This document shows positions 11,213 to 25,400 of a stretch of DNA of 64,000 nucleotides, piece by piece (the first letter of the stretch is position 1; each line of letters begins with the position of its first letter). The stretch comes from Phoronis australis (taxonomy: Eukaryota > Animalia > Phoronida). The position numbers and the translations under genes were made by a program. Under the pieces are notes generated by a model. The model saw nothing but the letters and a program-made list of their open reading frames with translations. It searched no databases and was not told where the DNA came from. The stretch covers positions 468,527-532,526 of the forward strand of contig NMRA01000200.1 of NCBI GenBank assembly GCA_002633005.1. The letters run 5' to 3'.

Positions 11213-14200
11213 TGATCTCAGCTGAATTATGACCGCGACTGTAGTGTTGTGATTGGACCGTTTCTACTGCTACTGCGTTGGGTTCATCTCAGGTGACTAC
11301 TTGGACCGATTCACAGTGGGGACCATCACATGGCACTTATTCAACCTGTGTTTTATCACTCAATACGAGTCCTGTTATTACTGACTACTTCATCTCAGTG
11401 GTCTGTTAACATTACTTATGTCATTAATACCATGTTCTTGTCTTCTTAATCGGTGGTGTATTAGTTTTAGACATTTATTGTTTCGTGCATATACATTCAA
11501 ACTAGCCAGTATGTTAGATGTAAGGCATCTTTTTGTGCAATTTTGAAGCTCCCCATCTCGGGCAGAAGTAGTTGTTTCATTACATGTGTTATTACTCAGT
11601 TGGCTGTTGTGCATATGTTTGTTATTACTCAGTTGGCTATTGTGCATATATTTTTGAATTTCTGGACCGGTTAGTCCCTTGCTTCTTAAATATACAATAT
11701 GTTTTGTACTTGAAAACATTCTAAATATTTTAATAGCAATGTGATGTACCTCGTAATTATGAAACAATATTTGAAAAGTAAAACACAATAAAAAAATTAT
11801 TACCAGGTCTGAAGCACTGTATATATTTGCATTGTGTTTAGCCAAAGTTCTCTTTTTCAATTTTTTCTTTTAAACACCCCTGTGCTACATAATAATCATA
11901 TTACATGTGTCTACAATTTGGCCATAGTAGGCACTGGAAGGTTTTAAAATACAGCTAGAAGTTTTGTATATATTTGTATAAATTGACCTGTAAGTGTATT
12001 TATTTGTCATTAATGAAACACAATGACATTCAAAGAAATAATTTATTTAAAACCCTTTTAACTTTGTACACTCTTTGTTTTTACTAAGTTCTGCTTACCG
12101 ACTGGGTGGGCAACAAGTAAACTATCAACAACGTACTGTTTGCCTTTTTATCTCCGTGGTTACCAACATACCAAAACCAAATGTTTCAACATCCAGACTT
12201 CACACAATAAACAATTTATGACAACAGAGTAAAACTTGGGTACACATGCACTGACATTTCTCATATTATAGAACATGATGTCTATCACTGCTAATGCCTA
12301 ACAGAGACTTGCATGTTATAAATTGTCACTACTGCCAGTCTCTGAAGTTACAGTAAAATATCAATTTTGGACAAAAATAATTGACAAAATCGATCTTTTT
12401 CCATTTTTTTAACATTTCTAACAACTGATAGCTATGATATAGACCTGACAAAGTTGGTGATACTTATGAAAAAATGAAGCTGTCCGCCATATTGGGTCCT
12501 AAATTGGTAATATTTTACAGTGCCCATTAACAACGTGAAAAATGGTCAGTGTATGGTTTTTCAAAATCCATTTTCAGGTTGCCTAGTTTTGTATGACCTG
12601 AAACCACGAATCAGACCAAGTGTGAACCAGTGCCAACAAACATTAATTTGTAAGGTGGCACAATGGTTTCATATCATTGCCATCAACTTTTTTTTGTAAA
12701 TCATGATCCAACTAAGTTACTGCAGGGTAACCATCAAAAATGAAAACAATATATATATATATATATAAGGAAAGGAATGTCTGCCACATTGCTGCAAGCA
12801 ATACTAAAATCCAACAACCACAGTTATACGGTGATAAACCCTCCACACTAAATAAATGATCCATATCGGTCAATTATTTTCCCAGAACATTATGCAAATT
12901 ACTGAAATGTACAACTGAAGAAAATGGATAGTTCCGACAAACGCAACAAGGCCACGTCCGCCACAGTTCCTATTGCTAAGTCCCACACGCAAAATCCAAA
13001 TGTGAACATCTACATATACCTACCACGATTCTTTTTAATGCGTATTCAATCATATATACTGTTACCACCATGGAGGTGCACAATGGCAAAGGTACAAGGT
13101 AAAAGCGAATACAACACAGAAGGGCAGACCTCAGACTGCCAGTCTATAGACTACTAAATTATTCACATTGAGCTAGTCAGCTGTAAGATTTAAACAGCTA
13201 GGCATTGAGGTTTCCACACGTTTGTGCACTCCACTAAGTTCAGTGACACATTTTGTGGTAAGCTATTCCACAGCGCAACTTGTGATAAGGAAATTTGTCT
13301 TCGAGTAATTAGACAAGTGTAAAGTTTTCTTGGCCGGTGACCACCAGTGATTAAGTGCGTGGTAATTAAAATACACAAGTTTTTTTGGCAAGTTAATTTT
13401 TCCGTAAGTCACATGTACCGTCGCCCACATGTTCCACATATTTGTTATCCTGATTCACATCTATAAAAGAAAAGATCTGCGGCTCATTTAGAAAGTGAAT
13501 TTATTTCATTTTGGACATCTTTATTCTGACATATATTCCTGGGCGTATATTCAGTTGATCATGCAGTCTGCCACATACTTTTATTGCTCATAAGCACTTT
13601 GCCAAGTTTGTTCACTGTAAATCCTTTATCTGCAGTATAAGTGTTCCAAGCTCATTGAAAAACTCTTCCTACTTTCAAAATGTGGACCAAGATGTGGGGC
13701 AATCGTAGTGTTTACATTTTCCTGCACCCTGATTGGCTAAAATAAATAGATTGAATGTCATGTCGGAACTACCCGCAATACTCTACTTCAACAGATTTTT
13801 CATGAGGCCCCAGTCACATCTTCAACTGGAAACCTCATTTGTTAGTGTCCAGCTGTTGTCCTACAAAGCACTGAACCAGTTTTTTCTCAAAGTCTCTTGA
13901 AACCTAGTACTACTGCAAAGATCAGAAAACTTTTTCCCATAGATTACACGAGAAACATCATTGACACATATAAAGTTATGGAAAAATGAGTCATGCTCAT
14001 AGGGGCAGACACATGATGACAGCCAAGTCAGAATACATGAATTTATTACAAATGTCAAAAGTTGATTCCTAGAGAGATTATGGCAGCGTGGGTTTAGAGT
14101 AATGTCAAAAAATTGACAGTTGGCGTACCATACGGCAAAGTTAAAATTTTTTCCCATGTCCAGAAAATTTCTTCATTGCAGGACGTCAGAAGATTGTCAT

Positions 14201-16294
14201 ATGATGTTTAAAATCTGCTGGTGATCTAAGATGACGTGCATGGATCTGCTAAACTAAAATGTTGTAACTTTTCGTCATTTTTACACAGAGTTTAAACCAA
14301 GACTTTATGAGCAGTCTAAGTTTGGGCCTAAGTGCCCGTTTAGACTCCGGTTAAACAAAGTTAAGACATTTTACCCAACTGGCCCTAGATTTTTGGTCAA
14401 TTTCCATCAGATGTCTGGCCGATTTGAACACAATCCTACATTGACTCTTGCCACAACTTTGGTATGTGACCGCTGCTCTCGATCTAACAAAAAATTATGC
14501 CGGTAGAGGGATTGACCAAACATCACTCAATATGTGACTTAGGTATAAAGCTTTAATGTAACAGGGACTGCCAGGATCACATCAGACCATAAAGTACCTC
14601 TTAGGATGAGCCAGCACAATAAATAGGGGATGATCTAGACAAGGTCTCTCCTACCATCGAAGACAATCTTATATGAGCGCATACCTTGTATTTTGAGCAT
14701 TAATTCATTTTCGAATACAGGTTCAGGACACAAGACACAAAAACAAATGTGAATGTGACTGATTTACAGCACAGTGGTCCAGCTAGACTCTGACACAGTT
14801 AGATCACGTTGGACACCGACAGTGTTGAACCAAGCTGAAATATGACTATGTTGGTCCACTCTAGACCTAGACAATGCTGGACCAAGCTACAATCTTTCAC
14901 AGTGTTACAAACAGTAGAACTTTCGAATGTTGTTTAACATGCCTTCTCATTGGTTAAAGTAATGAAACTGACATCGTAACATTCAGTCATTCCCATTGGT
15001 TGAAATCTGGGAAATACCTTTCAGTTTTCTGTTACACAGTATGGTAATCACCTTTGACTTGAATAGTTGCAATTTATGAACATGGACAGTGATCGAAGTA
15101 AACAAAATCAAGGGAAACCCGATCCAGTGCCTTAAGCCCAAACAAGTACAGTGCATAAAGGCGTGTGCAAGTGGTGGCGAGGTGATCGGTATACTTCCAA
15201 CCAGGCATGCGCATTGATGCCCACACACGGAATACCGTGTCGTTCATCATGTTTCCACAGTGCCACTTTTCAGCATAGGTGGCGCTGTGTCAGAGGGTAG
15301 GACCAAGCTGGACTATGACAATGCTCCTGGATGTAGAGTCTGCTACTAGACCTAGTTCAGAGGTCATGTTACTGGGGCTTAACATTCTCAACATTCACAA
15401 AGATGATTGTAAACATGGGCCAACATTTACACTAATACTAGAATGAGTGCCTTTAACAAGAAGTCATGCAAATTCTGGCTCCAACAAAAATATGCAAACA
15501 CCCGCATAAAAGCACCTGATGACATTGAGAATGAACTAAAATCTGACACTTAACCTGGTTAACAGCATAATTGTCTCAAAAACACAGAAGAATGCTATTA
15601 AACAAAGAGTACTTGCACACAGAGTACTAAAAATAACAGCAGGTGACAACTGTTCTAACAAACAAGAAATCCCACCTGAGATGAATGATGCAACATTAAT
15701 CAAACTTTGATATTAATGAAATAAAAATCAGCAAAACAAAAGGAAATCGTAATATGCTTACATAGAAAGGTATAAACCTGAAACACTTCAGGAGACTGCT
15801 GTTTGTTAACAGACTTGGTGCTTATTTACATCTCAGTAAGGCCACTTAAACTTTCAAAAGGCAAAACAGCTCATTTGGTTATGGTCTGTGAGTGTGTTGC
15901 TATGACATTTATGCACCAAAGACATTACAAAAAAGAAAAATGCAACAGCCCATTTTACACTAAGCAAAGTTCATTCGTTCTACAAGAAGTGACTTGCAAA
16001 CTGAGCAATGATATTGCAGCTTAGGTAAAAAGATAGCATTTGGTAGCACACCATGCATTTGAACTGCGCACAATGAAAACCCTAAAAATTACAAATTAGA
16101 GGAATTACCAAAATGAAAACATTACAGCATCTCTAATATGAAATACAACAGATGCAGCTGTGTGGATGCATCGTTCTTCGAAAAATCTCAGACCACGATC
16201 AAGTAAACCTTTTTCTGACCATATTTATCCAATAGTAACTGAGTCCAGGTATTAAATTACACATCGTGAGGATGAGGGTGAGGACAGGAAGAGA

Positions 16295-16426
16295 TTACAT
16301 GGGCAGAAGTGAGTCATCATGTCGGTCTTCCTCCTCCAACTGATCATCACCAATACCACGGTACTGCCGCGGTTCGCGGTACCCAGCACGGCGTGCACCG
16401 CCTCGACACACAAGATCACAACCATC
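16295..16426 (-). CDS. M6PR: M6PR coding exon 6 (cytoplasmic tail)
   Basis: [10 protein letters not shown]...[22 protein letters not shown]. Confidence 0.95.
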   Translation of the reverse strand, partial: DGCDLVCRGGARRAGYREPRQYRGIGDDQLEEEDRHDDSLLPM

Positions 16427-19400
16427 CTGCAACATGTAAGAAGCGCATAGAAATATTGACGGCAGAAAGAACTGGGACGTATTCTTACCACTTGGGCTTA
16501 AAGAGAAAGTTATGTCAATGGGAAACATATCTTACAATTTACCACATTGCCGTGCCATCAGACCCATGGGTGTCTGTGTCGAACAATGCTCATACAAAAA
16601 ACTTAAGCACAATGCGCAAATAAGTGAATCACTTGCGTAAACAAAGGCAGCGAAAAAAGGCATTATTTTGGATATAGTACCATGGGCCTAATGGTGCGGC
16701 AATACAGTGATACAAAATTTACCATTTTTTTATACAATAAGCAAAGGAACTCCAAAGATACAGAGGCAAACGTAAGAAAGTTGACATTAGGAGACACAGC
16801 GGTAGACAAAACGAGTGTGCCTATACGCGAATTGATGAATGGGCCTATGCAGGGGACATTGCCTGCGCTTTTAAGCGAAACTTAGGCGCATGTGCCAAAA
16901 TGCAAACCACTGCTGTATAAAAGGCCACAAAAGGTAATATTTCTGATATATATCCATGGGCCTAGAGGTCCCCCAGTACAGTACATTGGTTGACTGTTGT
17001 TGCCATTTGACACCTTAGTACAATGTCAGTTGTGCGAGATTTGAAGTGTTATATTCCTGAACACGCCGAGTGCGAAAGTAGTTTTTAAAACATTAGTATA
17101 CTTGTTGACGCACAAATTATTTTTCCCGTAGGATTACACAATATTTAACTGAAACACTCACCGCTTGTAAGTTGCCAAAATCTTGCCAAAAACTGTAATT
17201 TGGAATTTGGTCAAATCCCTTTGCCCCAAGCACAAAGCGACTGTAGAGAAATCCAACAATTAAGTAAACTCCTAATAAGGTGAAAAATCTGAAAAGAACA
17301 AAAACCAGATGTTAATTCTTTAAACTACAAAGCCTGTTGGAATTTGTATCGATTAGCTTGTATGCACCTTTTTTATTAGGATTTTCTGCATTTCTACACC
17401 AAGATGGTCAAGTAAGATTCCAATACAGTATGAAGCTCATGGTTTTAGTACATGACTTATTACGCAATTTGTTCTTAACCACGGCAATCACAAAACTTAG
17501 CCTGACAATGTTGGAAAGATCTTCCAGCATCACGAGAATTTGCTGACTAAATTTGGTGGAAGGTTGAAAAAAAATCAATATTCATTAGTCGAACATCTGT
17601 CAGAAGATAATAATGTATGAGGTATTTTGGACAATACGCAATCTTAACAGTTTGTGTTTTTGAGCAAACAAAAATACAAACCAAAGCCACCAATGAGGCA
17701 AACATTCTTGAAATGAATTATCAACAGAAAGTTAACAAAGACATTAAGAGCCAACTTACAAACATGGCATATGATTTTGGTCACACATATTGGTAGGGGG
17801 TGCCGCAGCAAATTCAAAATTCAGACCCAAATAGACGTATCCCATGGCAGATAGCCTATCAAGGCAATACTGGAATGTATCCTAGGTACCCCCACAAATA
17901 CCTGTGAGAGGTGATACCTAAGAAAGCAAAACACCCAGAAAAAGACCCACAAGAGTTGGCAGCACATTTCAAGCCAATTCAATGGAAGAACTCCCTGGGA
18001 TGTGATCACAAGTAACATGAATAAACGGACTACATCAATGTTCATTGTATTACCCATGCAATGGAGCCTAAGGTTACTTACATTATACATAATATGGGGC
18101 CCGAAGTTACTTACATTATACATACTATGGAACCTGCACTGAGACCATACACTTTGAACTCCCCATTATTCAAGCACACTGAATTATGCTCAACTTCAAA
18201 TAGGTAAAAACAGTCTTCATCCCGCCTATTGTTTTCAACTATGAAGCGTGTTTTACCCTAAAAAGAAACGAGCAATAATCAAAATTACATACAATGAAGA
18301 AAGTGACTGTTGATTCTTCTGAAACAATCATTCCACAATTAATGTTAGTATGGAATCACAAGTTTTAAGGCAACAGTTCATTTTGTAATTGACTGCATAT
18401 CATTGCAACAATTGCCTGTACACACTGAAGTAGCATATCTAGAGAGAAGTTTCAAAGTTTGTAAGTTTAGACAAATCTTAGACTTAAGTAAAAAATGAAC
18501 TTAAGTGAGTTCCTTAGAATGGGCCCCAACACTGTGTCTACGGATTGCCTCCACTCCATTTATGTCTCAGTATTGTGTCTATGAGTTGCCTCCACTACAG
18601 TTATAACTCAGTACTATGTCCATGAGTTGTCTCCTCTCTAGTTATAACTCAGTACTATGTCCATGAGTTGTCTCCTCCCTAGTTATAACTCAGTACTATG
18701 TCCATGAGTTGTCTCCTCTCTAGTTATAACTCAGGACTATGTCCATGAGTTGTCTCCTCTCTAGTTATAACTCAGTACTATGTCCATGAGTTGTCTCCTC
18801 CCTAGTTATAACTCAGTACTATGTCCATGAGTTGTCTCCTCTCTAGTTATAACTCAGTACTATGTCCATGAGTTGTCTCCTCCCTAGTTATAACTCAGGA
18901 CTATGTCCATGAGTTGTCTCCTCTCTAGTTAACAGTGTCTATCAGAGTTTACATTACCTCCATCTCCCCTGGTGTGCATGTGATCATGATTATTGACTTC
19001 CTTGGATTATTTGTACAATGAGTGCCATAAGAGTCACCATCCATATACTCCAACATCACCCACTCAGCTGTAAAAGTACTTTGCACTTTATTACCTTGAA
19101 GCCTAATTGTGAGTACAGTCTGTTTCAGTTTTAAATGCAAGAAAACATATCTAGATCAGCCGAATCAAGTACAGGTGGGAAATTCCTCAGTTAGTAAGAA
19201 CTATAGAATTTTTCTGGTGATGTTATGTACCAATATCATATCAAAACAAACAGTAAATGAAGTTCCAGGACGGTGCATTTTTATAAATAAAGATTTTTTT
19301 CCTATTTTACAATTCAATGTGAAGAGACACATGACGAGAGGAAATCAAAGGATTCTCAAATCAACAAGTAATTTCTTTAAAAGCAAAACTACCTAGGAGT

Positions 19401-22400
19401 TCATCGCTGAAATCAGGTTTTTTGACACTATTCTGATTTGATTAAAGATAACATCAAAAGTCCCGAAATCTTTATCAGCTAAGGGTGCGGCAATTCGTCA
19501 AATTAAATCGCGATGAGGGAGTAAACGATTTAGATACTGATACGCCAAGGGCCATTTCAATTTCATTCTTAGTTCCAATTTTCACAGTTTAGTGTCTGTA
19601 TCTTTTAAAGACTATTATTGAAATATTGACTATCATGTAACAGATTTTCCTAAAAATGTGTATTGTCTTGTGGTATTATAAATGTGTATTGTCTTGTGGT
19701 ATTATAAATGTGTATTGTCTTGTGGTATTATAAATGTGTATTGTCTTGTGGTATTATAAATGTGTATTGTCTTGTGGTATTATAAATGTGTATTGTCTTG
19801 TGGTATTATAAATACATACTTCCATTAATTATTCGAGCCTTTGTGAAGTTCCCAGCAATCTTCGGAGTATGTTTACCCTTGGTTTGTTGGACGACACCAG
19901 CATGAGCATACTCAGGGTCATTAAGTGCAGAAAAGCAGATACCTATAGAGTATGTGTACTTTTCTTTACTCGTATCATCTGTAGCACTAAATCTGAAACA
20001 GAACAGTTTGAGTGAAATTGTGCATTGAAGATGTTTACAAATGAATTAGTCTCAACGCACCATAAAAATCAAGAATTGCAAAATAATTAATAAACACAGG
20101 GATAGCCAAACCATGGTTACAAATTGCTAAAAGACATTATAAAAGTTACTGGTGAATTTCTGATCATAGGGAGTCCCATGGTCCGTGAGTTGTTATTTTA
20201 ATCCAAGTTCCAGTGGCTTCGCATCTGGAATTTTTAATGTAATTTCCATGGCTTCATTCTCTAGAAACCTGGAACCTGGCACCTCGAAATTAGCTCTAGA
20301 TTCCAAGTTCCTTCTCACGTTTGGTAAAAATCCCAAGTTACCAAGAAGTCTCCACTCCACATCCGAGTACGCATTCAAAATAATGCTACTGACAGTAAAC
20401 CGATGAAAGACAAAATCATGTTCGCCTCAGGAAGTGAGCCTGTTAGTGAGATATTGGGCCCGAAAGGAGGAAATTGCGGAACATGCGAGGTATTCTTGAT
20501 GTTTTTATCTTAACTTTTCGTTTGAGCAAAAAACATTGTTCAGGCACTCTCATGACATTTTGTGAGGTATCTCGTTCACAGACTTTATTTCTGGCTCTTG
20601 CTAAGGAGATTTGGTGACCTCAGTTCTCGTTTGGTTACCTAGGATTTTTGTCAGCTCGAATTAGGTCAGTTGATGTCAGGGTAAGCATCAATCCCTGCCC
20701 TGGTCACATTCGTGCCGAAACATGGAACCACTTGAAATGACTTGTATTTTAATCAGCCAATAGCATTAAAGTTTAAGGCGATGTCACCAAGTAATATTAT
20801 GGTTGACGAGACATGATGAATGATTCGATTATTTCACAAGAATCATGAACAAGGCTGATGGATACATGTGAAGGGCAGGGCAAGTGGCACAGCAGAGCTG
20901 ACCAATCAAATGTCTTTCTGAAAGCGCTCTGAGGAGTGACACTTGGCGAGGTCAAAGGAAAAATTTAGAGCTGCGATCAACAAAACCAAGAACATCAAGA
21001 AGGTTACGTGAAGGAATGTGGAGCAAGAACTGCACAAGCAAATATTTAAAAATGGCCGCCAGAGCACCATGTCATGTCCAACGTTGCCCAAAAATGAGCC
21101 AAAAACAAGATAAACAATGTGTGTAAGTTTCATGTCCATCAGACAAAGAAATGTGTCCTGTAGCACAAATATGATAGACCAATGAAAGTGCAGTGAGGAA
21201 AAAGTCGATAAAAACAATCAACTGAACATTAAATCTCGAGTATCTCAAGAACAGTAGGTCGGAGCAATAAACGGGTTTCACTTTGTAAATATAAAAAATA
21301 CTTGCAGGCAGTCAGGTACATGTTGTACCAAACGTGCGCAGGCCACTCATATTGTAGAGAGTGCTTAGCAAGATCTACCCACATACCAATTCTATCCTTG
21401 GCTAAATGGATGAACATTACGCACGAAAATTACGTGCATAAATGAATTCTTGTTAATGGCATAAATTAAGTCTTTAAGGCGTAAATTATTTACAGCGTAA
21501 ATTAACTTCTAACGGCGTAAATTAAAAGTTAATTTATGCTACAAATAATTAATTCATGACATTAAAAGTTAACTTGTGCCACTAATAATTAATTTACGCT
21601 ATTAATAATTATTCTATGCCATTAACAAGAATTAAATTATGTACAAAATTTGCGTAACATAAAACGATAAAATTTCACACAGATGCTGGACATAAACTCA
21701 ATTAATTAGAGAGTGCGTAGTCATCAGAAATTCTGGAATACCTCAAAGCTTAAGAACAGTAAAACACACTAAAAACAGATGGCATCGCTCTAGCAGAGCT
21801 TCAAGAGATCTATCCACACACCAAGTTTCAGAAAAATTGCTCCAGGGACAGCGGAGCTATGGCGCCACAAAGTGAAAAATCAAAAAATGAAAGCCACAGT
21901 GCCATCTTGCATCTGATTGCAACCAAAAACAATAGGCCTTGAGCATAAAAATACATATAAACCGTACTCACAGCAAAAAATTAAGAGCCTTTCGATAAAA
22001 GTCCACTATCTTGTTCACTCTGAGAATGTTCACAAGGTGTTGTGTAACCAGAGTGGAAGCGTCTGCTCTTCAGGACATGGCTTAGATTCTCAGAATGTCC
22101 ACTAGTTGTCGTGGAACTGGGGTTGAAGCATCTGCTCTTCAGAATATGGTTCTAGATTTTGGGAAGTTGGTACCTCCCACCATCTTTATCAAAGAGGCAT
22201 GGAACGTGAAAGCTTGTCAAAAATATCTTTTAAACAATTCCTGACGAAAGTACAATCTCGCAACGTTTAGTACAGAGTAATTCACTTTACCCTGTGACAA
22301 AATTTCCAGAAAAAATCACAAAATTCACAATTTTTGAAATATGCACGAAGGAAAAACTGTATGGTTACCACAGAGTTTCTAATCTAACTCCCACTTATGA

Positions 22401-25400
22401 TAAATGCGCATATGCGCTCATAGTCAGTTGCTTAATGTCGCTTGAGGTCAAAGGAAATGTGCTACATCTATGTCTTACCATACCAAATTAGAAGACGTGC
22501 TTTGCCTTATGGGAGAAAAATCAACAAAGTGGCGAGCTGTAAACAGGTTATTTTTTGAAATTTGAAACTTAAAGGAAATGCTACACTATCAACAGAAATT
22601 AAACATATTTATGAACAAACCCTAAAAACACCTGGCGAGCAGGTTGAATTCTGTTTCAGTGGCAGAAAACCTTTTTCAATATTGCAATTTAGGATGTTTA
22701 TAATGTTCCAGGCCTCTTTAAACTTGGAGGTGTGTATTGCTATATACTCCTTCACTCCTCACTTGAACCTGTTTAATAGAACAATTGTCAAGGACTTTTA
22801 CAACAGTCCCACAACCAGTGAATTGGTGATGCTAGGACAGTCTATGTTCTGCTAATTTGGTAGCCACGGGGTGATTCGACTCACCAACTCACCAACTCAC
22901 CAACCTAGTCTGCTGAGCAATCCTTACATTTAATGTGGCCATGAACAAGAAGATGAATCACTATCGAAAGGCTCCGTTTTTTTTCTGTGAGTACAATTTC
23001 ATATATTTTTATTATGTCTCAACCACTGCCAATTTGCTTTATCAAGGCCTCGAGCAATTAATGAGATATGTGTTGTGTGTACATTTCATGATGATTGAAT
23101 CAGTAAAGCTACCTATAGCGTGTGAACAATGAAGTGAAAAAACAAACTTCAGTGATCAGTAAGACACTTGACTTTCACCAAACAATAGTGTCAAGAATGA
23201 AATTATGAATCTGGAACTACATGTATCAATTATGGTAGATAGTGAGACAACGATATTACAAGCACCTAGAACTATGTTCAAAGGTTCCAGGTTTGAAGAA
23301 TATGAAACCATGGAAATAAGGTTAAAAAACATGGTTCAGGATGTTAAAGTCACTCTCAGATATATCTATCTGAGAGTGACTGGAGCATGGAATGAGCTAA
23401 TAATGCACAGACCCCCTAGCACATTTGTACAGAAAATTACGCATTTTTACCTTTCTACAATCCAAAACTAAGCCTGGGTGAAGTTCACGAAAAGAAGACT
23501 TATCATACCACACGTCATGATAGCCGTTTACCTAGTTGCAAATCTACTAGTAGCTAAAATAGCACAGCGATGTATTCCAAACATGCACCTGTCGGTTACT
23601 TAGTTAGGATCCATGCGTGCCTTTTTAAACCATAATATACAAACACATTATTCACTTAGGCAAGGCTCGACATTAACGGTAGTTCAACTGCCCGGGGCAA
23701 CCGATTTGCTCATGGCCGAGCAGCTTGTCCTGTCGTTTTTGGAAACTATAGTAAATCTGAACGATCAGAACTTCTTCGTAGCAGTGATAACTCACTAGTT
23801 TAGCCATCAGTGTATGTAGTATGCGGTGCAAATCGATAAGGTGTTGTTTAGATTATGCAGGAGCTCATGAATGGATGCCATCCAAGACACTTATATTCAA
23901 ATAGTCCTAGCCAAAGTGACGTGTTCTAATTTAAATACATGGCAGTATCTCACGTAATCTGGCAAAGTTTTGATTTTAGCTAGGCCCTAGCTTAGTTCTG
24001 AGCATTTTGAACGCACATCAGGTTCCCGATGATTCGTCTCATTCGGAGGGCGCCTCAACCCAGTTCCCTCAATGTATTACCGTACTCGTCCGGGTTACAG
24101 CCCATGCTTGGCTTACCACCCACAACAAATTTTTCATGATAGAGACTTCCGTAAAAGTATCTGTGCTTCTGTAAATGTTCGTCACACAAAATTAAGGTTC
24201 CAAAACGTGCGTAACTTGCTTACCTTTCTGTGACAACCAATCAGTTTTAGCGGAACCAGCACCTTGCCTTACTATGGCGGTAAAATACCCGTATTCTCAT
24301 GCCCTTTACTGAAGGAGACACAATTGTTTTCTTTGGTTCATGCCCTGAATTCGTGTCGGCATGTACTGATCACCGAGACAGCGCTTGTCGAATGTATTTC
24401 ATTTGCTGTGGAAGAACCAACAAAGCAGTAGTTGACAGGGATATCACGTCCATGGCCAACCTTTCTGTGATTCCCCGTGACAGTACACGAAACATAACCA
24501 CCCTGAGCATTGAAATAAAAAAGACATGGTCCACTTTGACAAGCCAACTTGTGTCGCTGTTCCCGTCTTGGTTAAACGCAAGTTTTTAATGACTTATTAT
24601 TTTGGCAGCTGACCGAGTACCCCTATTGCCTAATAGTAGTATCGTCCGATTGTTGTGTACATAGTTTGAACAACAGCTGTGTTGGCTTCGAACTAAAAAA
24701 GAAATATTCATTGTATATAAAATGTTACACTGTTCAAAGTATTCAATAAGAAGACCTGTCAATCATTGGCATGTGTTTGGTTGCCTAAGTTCAAAGTATT
24801 CAGTAAGAAGACCTGTCAATCCTTAGCACGTGCTTGGTTGCCTCAGTGTCCAGCGGGAAGCAAATCTTTTTACAATTGAGTGCTTCCCTTAAAAATACAC
24901 CGCAAACTATCGGAGTCTTGTTTAATCTGTCCTTTCTTTCGAGAAACTTGCCCTACTAAACGCACGCCTACCTGCAGGAATACCTTAGTTCTAAGAGATG
25001 ACCAGCAGCGACCAAGGTACATAAAAACCCAACCACACTCAGGAACACGACGCCACTGTATCGCGCGCACAAGCCGTCGAAGTCCAATATTTCAATCCCC
25101 CGACCTATATTTTAACTGATATCCCTGACATCCGACGTCAGTGTAGCTCCGTCAAGGTAAAATCGGTCTTCCGTGCAGTAAGCAACAACTCCAGACTTTT
25201 CAAAAAAATTCCAATTTTAACCACCCATGCTCGGCTTACCGCCCACCCCGTTTTTGTTAGATTCCCAATTTAAGCGCTATGGGCGGTAATGAGGACGAGT
25301 ACGGTAAGTCAAATTTCAATCATTTGCTCGTAAACACATTTTAACAATTGATCGTTACAATTTATGATTTACGTAGTAGACTCATGTGTAGTAGCGATAA

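Noticed and set aside
11390-11860. 156-aa antisense ORF
   Set aside because: Lies in the probable MEGF6-like 3' UTR, non-ATG start, includes a 33-bp duplication, no recognisable domain
18530-19813. Tandem arrays as CRISPR-like loci (also 5545 and 47826)
   Set aside because: No unique spacers and no cas genes; they sit in eukaryotic introns
20185-20406. Short ORFs resembling the ORF at 23205-23471
   Set aside because: Inverted copies of a dispersed non-coding repeat in M6PR intron 1
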